NCBI GenBank assembly: GCA_965279515.1
Contig: CBDIID010000003.1
Location: 3,904,001 to 3,968,000, forward strand
Reading direction: 5' to 3'
Source: Turneriella sp.
GTDB lineage: Bacteria; Spirochaetota; Leptospiria; Turneriellales; Turneriellaceae
DNA length: 64,000 bases
The stretch's first letter is position 1; each line of letters opens with the position of its first letter. The translations under genes and the position numbers were made by a program. This document shows, piece by piece, positions 19,457-29,470 of this stretch. The notes under the pieces are model-generated. The model was not told the origin of the DNA, did no database searches, and was given only the letters and a program-made list of their open reading frames with translations.

Positions 19457-20763
19457 AAATCTGCGTTCAGGGTTTGTGGCATCTCGGTACGGTAATCGTC
19501 GCGGGATCAGCCAGCCTTGGGCACGACGTAATCGGTCTGGATTTTGACGAATCGGTCATCAATAATCTGCGAAACGGTCAGGCTCCTATACACGAGCCTG
19601 GTCTAGACGACCTCCTTTTGGATGGCCTCTCCAAGAAACTAATCCATTTTACAGAAATGGCGTCAGATATTCCTGGAGATACCGATGTTCTCTGGGTTAC
19701 GTATGATACTCCCGTCGATGCAGACGACAAAGCCGATGCAGATTTTGTCTACAATCAGATAATTCAGACTTTGCCTTTCTTGCCCAATGGAGTTATTGTA
19801 ATGATCTCCTCGCAACTACCCGTTGGGTCAATTGCGCATTTGGAAGAAATCGCCCGGAAGGAATTTGCGGCGAAAGAACTCACTTTTGCGTGCTCTCCAG
19901 AAAATTTGCGATTGGGGAGGGCGCTTGATGTATTTTTACATCCGGATAGAATCGTAGTTGGCTATCGTAGTGCTAAGGACAAAGAAAAGCTGCAAAAACT
20001 CTTTCATCCATGGTCATCTCCGATCGAGTGGATGTCCGTAGAATCTGCGGAAATGACAAAGCATGCTATTAATTCATTTCTGGCGGTTTCTGTCACCTAC
20101 GCAAATGAGATTGCATCTATTTGCGAGCTCGTCGGTGCGGACGCCAAAGAGGTCGAGCGCGGTCTGAAATCGGAGCAGAGGATTGGACCAGGGGCTTACC
20201 TTTCACCGGGTGGTGCTTTTGCGGGGGGGACACTCGCCAGGGACATCGCCTTCCTGAACCAGTTAAGCCTGCGATTGGGCCTAGAATCTTCACTGCTGGC
20301 ATCAGTGCGCAAGAGTAACGAGAATCATAAGCATTGGGTAGAGCGCCGTTTGAAAGCAATTTTTCCATCTCTGCATAAATTGAAGGTTGCCGTTTGGGGA
20401 CTTACGTATAAGCCTGAAACGGACACTTTAAGGAGATCTGCGGTCGTAGAATTTTGCAGCCGGCTCATTAATGATCAGGTTCAATTGCGGGTTCATGATC
20501 CTCTTGTGAAAGAATTACCTGAGGGATGGGAAGAAAAGGTGGAACGCTATTCCGATCCGCTCGACATGCTCCGGGCTGCTGATGTTCTTATTGTTGGAAC
20601 GGCGCATTCATCATACAAGTCAATCACCCCTGAGGAAATAAAAAATGTGGCACGAGGGCTGGTAATCCTGGATCAAAACAGAATATTGAAAGATCTAATG
20701 GGTCACGTCGAGCTGCGATATTATTCCGTTGGAACCTCTCAAACTTTGGTAGGCTCGGGATGA
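19453..20763 (+). CDS. UDP-glucose/GDP-mannose dehydrogenase-family protein lacking the catalytic Cys
   Basis: Family motifs (EPGL, SPENLRLG, EMTKHAINSFLA, GLTYKPETDTLRRS) but GGTLARD in place of GGxCxxKD. Confidence 0.85.
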   Translation: MKICVQGLWHLGTVIVAGSASLGHDVIGLDFDESVINNLRNGQAPIHEPGLDDLLLDGLSKKLIHFTEMASDIPGDTDVLWVTYDTPVDADDKADADFVYNQIIQTLPFLPNGVIVMISSQLPVGSIAHLEEIARKEFAAKELTFACSPENLRLGRALDVFLHPDRIVVGYRSAKDKEKLQKLFHPWSSPIEWMSVESAEMTKHAINSFLAVSVTYANEIASICELVGADAKEVERGLKSEQRIGPGAYLSPGGAFAGGTLARDIAFLNQLSLRLGLESSLLASVRKSNENHKHWVERRLKAIFPSLHKLKVAVWGLTYKPETDTLRRSAVVEFCSRLINDQVQLRVHDPLVKELPEGWEEKVERYSDPLDMLRAADVLIVGTAHSSYKSITPEEIKNVARGLVILDQNRILKDLMGHVELRYYSVGTSQTLVGSG

Positions 20764-21635
20764 ATTATTCCCTTGAAAATAAAGTCGCTATCATAACCGG
20801 AGCCAGTCAGGGATTGGGGCTCGAAATTTCGCGGAAATACATCATGGCTGGAGCCTCTGTTATGCTTTGTGCCCGGGAGACCGGCCGACTTGAAAGAGAG
20901 GCTAGCGAACTTACGAAACTCCTTAAGCAAGGACAAACGTTAGAGGCTTTTTCCGTGGATGTGTCCTTGGAAGGTGAAGTGGGTTTGATGGTTGAAAACA
21001 TTATCAAACGCCACGGCCGGATTGATATTCTTGTCAACAATGCCGGGATTTACGGGCCTATGGGACCTATCGAATCGGTGGACTGGTTGCACTGGAAGAA
21101 GGCTATAGATGTAAATCTCTTTGGTTCCATACTGATGTGCCGGCTTGTAGTACCTTACATGAAAAAGCAAAAATCTGGAAAAATAATTCAGCTCTCCGGC
21201 GGAGGAGCCACCAATCCATTGCCAAATATCAGCGCATACGCGGTTTCCAAGGCTGCGATAGTCCGGTTTGCCGAGACCCTCGCTGAAGAATTGCGTGAAT
21301 TTGGCGTAGATGTCAATTCGATAGCACCCGGTGCCTTAAACACGCGTATGCTTGATGAAGTTCTGTCAGCAGGACCTGAAAATGTTGGTAAAAACTTCTA
21401 TGAGAAATCCGTTAAGCAAAAGCAAAATGGTGGTGCAGGACTTGAGGCTGGCGCGGAATTAGCCGTGTTTCTCGGGTCTGCCGTGAGTAACGGAATTACA
21501 GCAAAACTCATAAGTGCAGTATGGGATAATTGGCAGGAATGGCCCAAACATCTTGCAAAACTTAATAATTCAGATGCATATACCATTCGACGCATTGCGG
21601 GGCGCGAGCGGGATTTTTCGCTGGGTGACAAATGA
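20760..21635 (+). CDS. Short-chain dehydrogenase/reductase
   Basis: TGASQGLG, NNAG, YAVSK. Confidence 0.9.
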   Translation: MNYSLENKVAIITGASQGLGLEISRKYIMAGASVMLCARETGRLEREASELTKLLKQGQTLEAFSVDVSLEGEVGLMVENIIKRHGRIDILVNNAGIYGPMGPIESVDWLHWKKAIDVNLFGSILMCRLVVPYMKKQKSGKIIQLSGGGATNPLPNISAYAVSKAAIVRFAETLAEELREFGVDVNSIAPGALNTRMLDEVLSAGPENVGKNFYEKSVKQKQNGGAGLEAGAELAVFLGSAVSNGITAKLISAVWDNWQEWPKHLAKLNNSDAYTIRRIAGRERDFSLGDK

Positions 21636-22621
21636 GTCTGCGCATCGGAATCATCGGTTGTGGATTGATTGGACAAAAGCGGGCAAATTCTTTAGGGGAT
21701 ATGAGCTTAGTTGCGTGCGCTGATTTAAGCGAAGATCGAGCCAAGGCTGTCGCAAAGGGAAAAGCAAAGGTATATACCCAGTGGCGTGAGCTCCTCGCCG
21801 ATCCTCAAGTGGAGGCTGTAATAATTGCAACCCTGCACGATTCATTGGCAGAAATTACTTTGGCTGCAATTCAAAGCGGGAAGCATGTGTTGGTAGAAAA
21901 GCCAGCGGCGCGAAACTCCTCGGAATTGCTCCCAATTCTTGATGCTTTGAAAACAAGCAAAATAAAAGTCCGGGTTGGCTTTAATCATCGCTTTCATCGT
22001 GCAATGCAAGCGGCCCGGGAGCTCGTTGATTCCGGCTCGCTCGGAGAATTAATGTATATCCGGGCGCGCTACGGCCATGGAGGTCGTCCCGGCTATGATC
22101 GTGAATGGCGTGCTCAACCTAAGGTTTCAGGGGGGGGTGAATTGATCGATCAGGGACCGCATATTATAGACTTGGCCCGTTGGTTTCTGGGGGATTTTTC
22201 AGACATCAATGGATTCGCACATACTTATTTCTGGGATATGGCCGTAGATGATAACGGATTTCTGCTATTAAGAAATACAAAAAAGCAGGTGGCTTTTTTA
22301 CATGCGAGTTGCACTGAATGGAAGAACATGTTCTCCATGGAGATATACGGCAAAATCGGCAAGGTGGAAATTTCAGGACTGGGGGGAAGCTACGGTGTGG
22401 AGCGCCTTTGCTTTTACAAAATGCTGCCTGAGATGGGGCCACCTGAAACTACAATTTGGGAGTATCCGATGGCAGATAATTCCTGGGCGCTTGAACTCTC
22501 TGAGTTCGCCAGAGATATAAGTTTGAACAGAAATTCTTCGCCTGGAATCAATGATGCATATCAAACACTTAAAATAATCGAGAAGATTTATCAGGAGTCT
22601 GGCTATGATCATCGCGCGTAG
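21632..22621 (+). CDS. Gfo/Idh/MocA-family oxidoreductase
   Basis: IIGCGLIG, HVLVEKP, VGFNHRF, GGGELIDQGPH. Confidence 0.92.
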   Translation: MSLRIGIIGCGLIGQKRANSLGDMSLVACADLSEDRAKAVAKGKAKVYTQWRELLADPQVEAVIIATLHDSLAEITLAAIQSGKHVLVEKPAARNSSELLPILDALKTSKIKVRVGFNHRFHRAMQAARELVDSGSLGELMYIRARYGHGGRPGYDREWRAQPKVSGGGELIDQGPHIIDLARWFLGDFSDINGFAHTYFWDMAVDDNGFLLLRNTKKQVAFLHASCTEWKNMFSMEIYGKIGKVEISGLGGSYGVERLCFYKMLPEMGPPETTIWEYPMADNSWALELSEFARDISLNRNSSPGINDAYQTLKIIEKIYQESGYDHRA

Positions 22622-23585
22622 TCCGTTACGTATTACACTTGGCGGAGGGGGCACAGATTTACCTTCTTATTATCGCCAACATGAAGGATTTCTCATCGCG
22701 GGAGCTATTAACAAATACGTTTATGTAACTGTTATGCGCCCGTTCACCGAAGGTATCTACCTGAAGTATTCGGAGTTGGAACAAGTGGCGAAAGTGACTG
22801 ATGTCAAGCACCGAATCATCAGGGAAGCCCTGCTAATACAAAACTTGCGGACCCCCCAAATCGAAATCACAACTCTCGCAGATATTCCGGCAGGAACCGG
22901 CTTAGGGTCTTCAGGAAGTTTTACAACGGCTCTTTTGAAAGCATTATATGCACATCGGCGTCAATTATTGCATCCTAAGGAACTTGCAGAAATGGCATGT
23001 CATGTTGAAATTGACAGGCTTGGTGAACCCATCGGCAAACAGGATCAATATATTGCAGCTTATGGGGGGCTAACTTGCTTCACTTTCCACAAAGACGATA
23101 GTGTAACCGCGATACCGCTAAATATCACCATGGATACCATGCATGATCTGGAGGATAATATCCTGTTGTTTTTTACCGGTTACGCGCGCAGTGCGAGCGG
23201 AATACTCACGGATCAAAATGTTCGAACGCAGAGTAGCGATGCGGAAATGCTAAAAAATCTTCATTTTGTGAAGGAGCTCGGTTATCGCAGCTTGCATGCG
23301 TTAGAAGCGGGTGATGTCATCAAATTTGGGGAGCTAATGCATGAGCATTGGGAACATAAGAAAAGTCGATCTGGAGGGATGAGTAATCCACAAATTGATG
23401 AGTGGTACTCCCTTGGAATCAAAAGCGGCGCCGTTGGCGGAAAACTTGTAGGTGCGGGCGGCGGCGGCTTTTTAATGTTCTATGCGTCTGATCGTACTAA
23501 ACTCCGGCAAGCGATGACACGCGCTGGCCTTGAAGAGGTTCGGTTTACTTTCGATTTCGAAGGTACAAAGGTTGTATTGTCTTGA
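22605..23585 (+). CDS. hddA: GHMP sugar-phosphate 1-kinase (HddA/LmbP-like)
   Basis: PLRITLGGGGTD, PAGTGLGSSG, GKQDQY, GKLVGAGGGGF. Confidence 0.85.
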   Translation: MIIARSPLRITLGGGGTDLPSYYRQHEGFLIAGAINKYVYVTVMRPFTEGIYLKYSELEQVAKVTDVKHRIIREALLIQNLRTPQIEITTLADIPAGTGLGSSGSFTTALLKALYAHRRQLLHPKELAEMACHVEIDRLGEPIGKQDQYIAAYGGLTCFTFHKDDSVTAIPLNITMDTMHDLEDNILLFFTGYARSASGILTDQNVRTQSSDAEMLKNLHFVKELGYRSLHALEAGDVIKFGELMHEHWEHKKSRSGGMSNPQIDEWYSLGIKSGAVGGKLVGAGGGGFLMFYASDRTKLRQAMTRAGLEEVRFTFDFEGTKVVLS

Positions 23586-24289
23586 GTTTACCGGTCGCCA
23601 TTCTGGCGGGCGGGTTTGCGACCCGGTTATTGCCCATCACTGAAAAGATTCCAAAAGCGTTGGTTGACGTCGCAGGAAAGCCTTTTATCCTTCGTCAATT
23701 GGAGCACCTGCACGTCCAAGGATTGGATCGCGTCGTAATCTGCGTCAACTATCTTGGCGGACAAATTGAAGCTGCGCTCGGAGATGGCAAGGCCCTTGGC
23801 ATGGAAATTAAGTACTCATGGGATGGAGAAAATCCTTTGGGGACAGCGGGTGCTTTAAAAAAAGCGAGTCGGTTGCTTGGCGATACATTCTTCGTTTATT
23901 ATGGTGATTCCTTTTTGCCTATTGATTTTCAGGCTGTCGCGGCAGCTTTTGCCAGCTGTGGCCACCCGGCGTTGATGACCGTACTTAAGAACGAAGATAG
24001 ATGGGATAAGAGCAATGTCATATTTGTAAATGGCAAATTGATAAGTTACGATAAAAAAAATCAGGTGCCTGAAATGAAATATATTGATTACGGTCTAGGT
24101 ATAATCTCCGCTTCAATTCTAAAAGAAGTATCGGAAGATAAATCCACGGATCTTTCCGATATTTATCGTGAACTTTCTCGCGATGGACGTCTGGCCGGAT
24201 TCGAAGTTTTTGACCGATTCTATGAAATTGGATCTCACAAAGGCCTTGACGAGACGACTAGATACTTTACGAATACAGGTTTACAATGA
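23582..24289 (+). CDS. Sugar-1-phosphate nucleotidyltransferase (HddC/LmbO-like)
   Basis: ILAGGFATRL..PKAL, LGTAGAL, YGDS. Confidence 0.85.
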   Translation: MSLPVAILAGGFATRLLPITEKIPKALVDVAGKPFILRQLEHLHVQGLDRVVICVNYLGGQIEAALGDGKALGMEIKYSWDGENPLGTAGALKKASRLLGDTFFVYYGDSFLPIDFQAVAAAFASCGHPALMTVLKNEDRWDKSNVIFVNGKLISYDKKNQVPEMKYIDYGLGIISASILKEVSEDKSTDLSDIYRELSRDGRLAGFEVFDRFYEIGSHKGLDETTRYFTNTGLQ

Positions 24290-24891
24290 GCTATTCCGCA
24301 AAGCATTTGGCTGAGGCTGTAGAGATTCTTGCCAAAATTAATCCTGATGATCTGGAAAAAATGACCGATTTGTTGGTTCAAGTAAAGGCAGACGGTGGTA
24401 GAATATTTTTTCTCGGTGTAGGCGGAAGTGCCGGAAATTGCTCCCATGCGGTTAACGATTTCCGAAAAATCGTGGGAATTGAATGTTATGCCCCGACAGA
24501 TAATGTTTCCGAACTCACGGCAAGAACCAATGACGAAGGCTGGGCAACTATTTTTGTGGAATGGTTGAAGATTAGTAAGCTGACTTCGAAGGATTTGCTT
24601 TTCATTCTTTCTGTCGGTGGTGGTAGCTTGGAAAAAAATATTAGCCCAAATCTGGTTACTGCTTTGCAATATGGAAAACAACAAGGAGCAAAGATTACGG
24701 GAGTGATTGGTCGTGATGGCGGATATACAGCTACAGTAGCCGACGCATGCCTGATAATCCCGACAGTGAATCCGGAGAACATTACTCCGCATTCCGAAGC
24801 CTTTCAGGCCGTAGCATGGCATTTGCTTGTGTCACATCCGAAGCTAAAGGCTTCCGCGACTAAATGGGAATCTACAGTAAAAACTTCGTGA
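24286..24891 (+). CDS. gmhA: SIS-domain phosphosugar isomerase (GmhA-like)
   Basis: GVGGSAGNCSHAVND, TARTND, SPNL. Confidence 0.8.
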   Translation: MSYSAKHLAEAVEILAKINPDDLEKMTDLLVQVKADGGRIFFLGVGGSAGNCSHAVNDFRKIVGIECYAPTDNVSELTARTNDEGWATIFVEWLKISKLTSKDLLFILSVGGGSLEKNISPNLVTALQYGKQQGAKITGVIGRDGGYTATVADACLIIPTVNPENITPHSEAFQAVAWHLLVSHPKLKASATKWESTVKTS

Positions 24892-24901
24892 TTCGCTTTG
24901 T

Positions 24902-25447
24902 GTGATTGCTAAAGCAGTTTTTTTAGACAGGGACGGTGTTATTAACCGTGCCTTGGTTAAAGATGGCAGACCATATCCTCCCAGGGATTTGCAGGGTGTC
25001 GAAATTATCCCGGGTGTACACACTGCCTTACAGAAATTGAAGAGCCATGGATTCATTCTGATTGTGGTCACAAATCAACCCGATGTTGGCAGGGGTGTAA
25101 CGCCAATAACCTTAGTCGAAGCAATAAATAAGTATCTTGGACGGGAATTGCCAATCGATAAGTTCTTAGTGTGCTACCACGATGACGCTGATAATTGCTT
25201 ATGCCGAAAGCCAAAACCGGGAATGTTATTCGAAGCTGCCAGGGCTTTTGATATCGACTTGAATCAGTCATATTTGATCGGTGATCGCTGGAGAGATGTG
25301 GAGGCTGGGATTAATGCGGGCTGTAAGACAATATTTATTGACTACGGATACAATGAAAAACAACCCGAAAATGCGGATTTTGTAGTGAAATCGATAGATG
25401 AAGTTGTGGAGATTATTCTCAAAGGAGTGCATGATGAAGAAAATTGA
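24902..25447 (+). CDS. gmhB: HAD sugar-bisphosphate phosphatase (GmhB/LmbK-like)
   Basis: FLDRDGVIN, VTNQ, CxH..CxCRKPKPGM, IGD. Confidence 0.88.
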   Translation: MIAKAVFLDRDGVINRALVKDGRPYPPRDLQGVEIIPGVHTALQKLKSHGFILIVVTNQPDVGRGVTPITLVEAINKYLGRELPIDKFLVCYHDDADNCLCRKPKPGMLFEAARAFDIDLNQSYLIGDRWRDVEAGINAGCKTIFIDYGYNEKQPENADFVVKSIDEVVEIILKGVHDEEN

Positions 25448-26150
25448 AGATCTGAACATCAAGATATTTGCAGATGGTGCTGATAAAGAAGGGATGCTCG
25501 AAATGAACAGCAAGTCTTACATAAAAGGACTTACAACAAACCCGACTTTGATGAACAAAGCCGGCATAAAGGACTACAAAGCCTTCGCCCAAGACATACT
25601 TTCAACCATCAAGGATAAGCCTATTTCATTCGAAGTTTTTTCCGATGATTTTGCCGAAATGGAAAGACAGGCTATGGAAATAGCCGGATGGGGAAGTAAT
25701 GTTTACGTGAAAATTCCGGTAACTAATACTAAGGGCGAAACCTGCTACAGCATGGTGAAAAAACTGGCTGCAAATAAGGTAAAGTTAAATGTAACCGCCC
25801 TCATGACACTTGCCCAGGTTCGGGACGTCGTTGCTTCGTTGCAAAATGATGTACCCAGTTACGTGTCTGTTTTTGCAGGCCGCATTGCTGATACAGGCTG
25901 CGATCCGATGCCTTTGATGGCAGCCGCCGTAGAAATGCTCAAGCCAAACCGCAGTGCGGAACTTATTTGGGCAAGTCCCCGCGAACTTTTGAATATTTTT
26001 CATGCAGAAGCGATTGGGTGCCAAGTAATAACCGTGACAAATGATATTCTGAAAAAGCTGACTCTAGTCGGTTATGACTTAGGAGCATATTCCCTTGATA
26101 CTGTGAAAATGTTCTATAAAGATGCTGTGGCGGCCGGATTTAAGCTGTAA
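25434..26150 (+). CDS. tal: Transaldolase-family protein
   Basis: IFADGAD, GLTTNPTL, VYVKIP, NVT, SVFAGRIAD, WASPRE; AAGGAG RBS at ~25422. Confidence 0.9.
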   Translation: MKKIEDLNIKIFADGADKEGMLEMNSKSYIKGLTTNPTLMNKAGIKDYKAFAQDILSTIKDKPISFEVFSDDFAEMERQAMEIAGWGSNVYVKIPVTNTKGETCYSMVKKLAANKVKLNVTALMTLAQVRDVVASLQNDVPSYVSVFAGRIADTGCDPMPLMAAAVEMLKPNRSAELIWASPRELLNIFHAEAIGCQVITVTNDILKKLTLVGYDLGAYSLDTVKMFYKDAVAAGFKL

Positions 26151-26477
26151 ATTTTTCCTCCGGTTTTATTTAAGTAGGCTGGCTGAAAATGTATCTTTCC
26201 GGAAAGTGCATGCCTGCATTATTTCGCACGTTTATGGCGTAACGTCTGGCTGATCGCAAGGTTAACATCAGTGTGACTATGCTCTAAGCCAGACATGCAT
26301 AAACGGGTCAGGTAGCAATCAATGCGATTGTAAAGAAACCCAAGAAAATAAAACTCGGATAAAGGCTAGTTTATACCAAGCCCTGTACCGACCCCCTAAA
26401 TCACCGGACACCTTATCCTGCTCCTAAGACATAGGAGTAGTGATAGTACTAAGGCTAAGGTAGAGTTAGTCACAACC

Positions 26478-26828
26478 GTGCAGCGTCGTCGCAGATGGTC
26501 TGTTGCAGAGAAGCTGGAGATTCTCGCCGAAGCTGAACAACCCGGAATGAGCATGTCGTATGTGGCCCGCAAACATGGCATTGCGGCAACGCAGATTTTT
26601 AAGTGGAAAAAGCTGAAAGAAGCTGGCGCTCTGGCGGCTGTCGATAGCGAAGAAGAGGTGTTGCCCGTATCTCAGGTTAAGCAACTACGCGAACGCATCC
26701 GCCGACTGGAAAACATTCTGGGCCGTAAAACCGAAGAAGTGGAAATTCTTAAGGAAGCGGTTCGTATTGGACGCGAAAAAAAACTCATCTCGCACAAGCC
26801 GTTACACGGAATCGACGGTTTCGAGTGA
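26478..26828 (+). CDS. IS3-family transposase OrfA (HTH)
   Basis: RRRRWSVAEK..VARKHGIAATQIFKW HTH plus leucine zipper; A8C slippery run at 26776-26784. Confidence 0.9.
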   Translation: MQRRRRWSVAEKLEILAEAEQPGMSMSYVARKHGIAATQIFKWKKLKEAGALAAVDSEEEVLPVSQVKQLRERIRRLENILGRKTEEVEILKEAVRIGREKKLISHKPLHGIDGFE

Positions 26829-27646
26829 GTCGGGTTGCTGATGTATTGCGCGTTGCGCGGTCGAATATCTATGAGGGCTTGAAATCCTCACGTCGGGGAC
26901 GGAAAATTGATCGTATAGTCGATGAACGAGTCCTGCCTGAAATCCGCCGGATTTGCGACGAAAGGCCAACATATGGTTACCAGCGCGTGACTCCCGTACT
27001 CAACAAAAACCTTGAAAAACAAGGATTTTCCCGCGTGAATAAGAAGCGCGTTTATCGGCTGATGAAAGAACACCAGCTGTTGCTACCGAAAAGCGCCAGC
27101 CGTCGGACGCTGGTGCATGATGGCAAGATCATCACTGCCAAAAGTGACGTGCGCTGGTGCATGGATATATTTGGAGTGCTCACCTGGAATGGGACTCACG
27201 TCTGGGTTGCATTTGTTTTGGATTGCCACGACCGCCAGATCATCAACCATTTCAGCAGTACCATCGGCATCGACGGTCTGAATATTCGTGACATGCTGCT
27301 GGGTGCTGTCGAGGAACGCTTCGGTAAGGCCGAATGTCCTCACACCATTCAACTGCTGAGTGACAATGGTCCGCAATTCACAAGCCGCGAAACAGTTCAT
27401 TTTGCATCCTCGATCGGATTTCAAGTATGCACCACGCCAGCCTACAGCCCCGAAAGCAATGGCATGGCCGAAGCATTTGTGAAAACATTCAAGCGCGATT
27501 ACGTTTACATCAATCGCCTTGAGTCCGCATGGAAAGTAATGCCGCAGATTTCGGAGTGGATGCATGACTACAACCATCATGCGCCCCATAAAGGCTTGAA
27601 GATGCGTTCACCGGTTGAATACAGGAGCTTAATGGCAGCAGGCTAA
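26825..27646 (+). CDS. IS3-family transposase OrfB (DDE), in the -1 frame relative to OrfA
   Basis: YGYQRV, WCMD, LSDNGPQF, SPESNGMAEAFVKTFK, YNHHAPH. Confidence 0.92.
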   Translation: MSRVADVLRVARSNIYEGLKSSRRGRKIDRIVDERVLPEIRRICDERPTYGYQRVTPVLNKNLEKQGFSRVNKKRVYRLMKEHQLLLPKSASRRTLVHDGKIITAKSDVRWCMDIFGVLTWNGTHVWVAFVLDCHDRQIINHFSSTIGIDGLNIRDMLLGAVEERFGKAECPHTIQLLSDNGPQFTSRETVHFASSIGFQVCTTPAYSPESNGMAEAFVKTFKRDYVYINRLESAWKVMPQISEWMHDYNHHAPHKGLKMRSPVEYRSLMAAG

Positions 27647-27733
27647 GCTGTCCGCTTTTCGGGGGGCACTGCAACCCCGAGGTTTGCGAAGCCCTGTCCA
27701 TTGGAGCTTCCCCATGGGATATGGCAGAAGACT

Positions 27734-29470
27734 TCAAGGAGTATCCGATCTCTCTGCCTTTCTTGTCGGTTGTTCACAGGTTGGCGCAATTGCTTTGTTT
27801 GGACATGCTGAAAATTTCAAGTTCGGCAATCCCGTGCCGCAATATCCCGTGAAGAGGGCATATATTTCATAGTCTACAGGTTTGTCACAGGCTGCAACAT
27901 TAAAGGTGATGGCGTCGCCTTTTAGGTTAAAGGCGCCACTTTCATATTTTCGCGTGCCGCAGTCATATTTAATAATATTGTCATCGAATGGCCTCTTTAG
28001 CGGTTGATTTCGCACATCCGTAAAGCTGATTTTTACTTCACATTGTCCATTGATGCATTTAGCATTCGTCGTAGGTTTAGGATTCAGGTGCCTGCTAGTC
28101 AGTTCAAACCAGTTATATTTTGGTATCAGCCATTGTCCGACGCCAATCGCTAGCGTACTTATGCCTACCAAAGGTATAAGCCAAGCCAAGCGTTTTTTCT
28201 TGAATGCCTGGGCAACGAATTGCAACAGACCAGGACCAGTGGCGATGGTGAGTAATAGCGTTGCGAGAATGAATTCTCTGGTCAGCCCATATTTGTTATG
28301 GGTACCACCCCAAACGGCGGTTGCATTGTAACCCAGAGTTATTGTCAAAAATGATCCAACCCCTATCAGGAATGCGAAACCAACCATTGGCGAATCAGTA
28401 CGCCAATCTCTTTTCAAAAAGATTCCAGTAAAGGAGGCAAAGAGCGTGAGCGGAATAATGTAGAAAAGAATCGGCAACTGCATAAGCAACGGCATATAGA
28501 AATCGGACCTTGAAAAACCACCCAGAATGATGCGTCGAAAGGAGTACTCGTTGCCGTAGCTATAGTAATTAGGGTCGACAAACGTTTGTATTAAATGCAA
28601 CGGAATCATCTTCGGATTGAGACTCATGTATTCTCTGATATAAGTGTCCTGTGATCGCAATTGGCTATAGTGCCCATTCATCGGCATTCCGTTAGAAAAA
28701 TAATAAATAAAAGCAACCGCAAAAATAGCTCCGGAAATGGAAGCTGTTATGCGTTTCAGCAATAGAGCAAAATCAATTTTGTTTTTCTTCAAAAACAAGT
28801 AATGGCCAAACATGATTGCGGTTGCAACAGCACAGGCTAAGAAAACGGCCATGGCCTCATGACGGCGAACATTAGCGAATAAAATTCCAGAAAAAGCCGC
28901 CGCGAAATACCACAGGAGCCGGTTATTGCACATAGCCTCTATGAACGAAAATACGAAAGCAACTCCGCAGAAAGCAGCAGCGTAATGCGACCAGGGGATG
29001 TAGTTAAAACGCAAGATGGTGCTAAGCTGATACATAATAATCCATAGCAAAACAGAGAAAAACGCCAATGAGAGTTTGTTTTTTACTGGGTTCAGTACCA
29101 TTCCCACTCGAAACATAAGCAATACTGAGAGCAGGGCTGCAGCCATGGCGTAAGCCATGCCGTGATAGGCGAAAGATGCGTCCACTGACGGTGTATACCA
29201 CACGCCGGATAATTTGTGGTAAAATCCGATCAGAGATAAATAGCCTGTTGCCATATATCCGCTTCGCACGGAGTCAGGCACTTCACCTGCCATAGCCGCT
29301 TTAAAGGCCATATATATCTCGCCCTGATCGTCACGATTGCTAAATGTTGCACTGTTTTGGGTCAGATTATGTTTAGCGCCGGCAAAATTGTCCTGAAAAA
29401 CAAAATAGCAGGGTAAAATCAGGCAAATTACAATTAACAACACCTTCAGCGATTTCAGCATAGAAGTCAT
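27734..29470 (-). CDS. Polytopic membrane protein (possible GT-C-type transferase); start uncertain
   Basis: About 11 TM helices, acidic RDDQGE in the first loop, Cys-rich soluble C-terminus. Confidence 0.6.
   Translation of the reverse strand: MTSMLKSLKVLLIVICLILPCYFVFQDNFAGAKHNLTQNSATFSNRDDQGEIYMAFKAAMAGEVPDSVRSGYMATGYLSLIGFYHKLSGVWYTPSVDASFAYHGMAYAMAAALLSVLLMFRVGMVLNPVKNKLSLAFFSVLLWIIMYQLSTILRFNYIPWSHYAAAFCGVAFVFSFIEAMCNNRLLWYFAAAFSGILFANVRRHEAMAVFLACAVATAIMFGHYLFLKKNKIDFALLLKRITASISGAIFAVAFIYYFSNGMPMNGHYSQLRSQDTYIREYMSLNPKMIPLHLIQTFVDPNYYSYGNEYSFRRIILGGFSRSDFYMPLLMQLPILFYIIPLTLFASFTGIFLKRDWRTDSPMVGFAFLIGVGSFLTITLGYNATAVWGGTHNKYGLTREFILATLLLTIATGPGLLQFVAQAFKKKRLAWLIPLVGISTLAIGVGQWLIPKYNWFELTSRHLNPKPTTNAKCINGQCEVKISFTDVRNQPLKRPFDDNIIKYDCGTRKYESGAFNLKGDAITFNVAACDKPVDYEIYALFTGYCGTGLPNLKFSACPNKAIAPTCEQPTRKAERSDTP

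Larger units (their letters stand above)
26384..27673 (+). mobile_element. IS3-family insertion sequence (IS2-like), about 1290 bp
   Basis: TG...CA ends; IRL TGTACCGACCCCCTAAATCACCGGACACCTTA vs IRR (rc) TGCAGTGCCCCCCGAAAAGCGGACAGCTTA. Flanks GCCC/ACCC form only an imperfect target duplication. Confidence 0.93.

Noticed and set aside
26151..27737. A gene interrupted by the IS2-like element (TTG 27737 overlaps the upstream stop)
   Set aside because: Rejoining the flanks gives early stops in all frames; only a short hydrophobic stretch remains.
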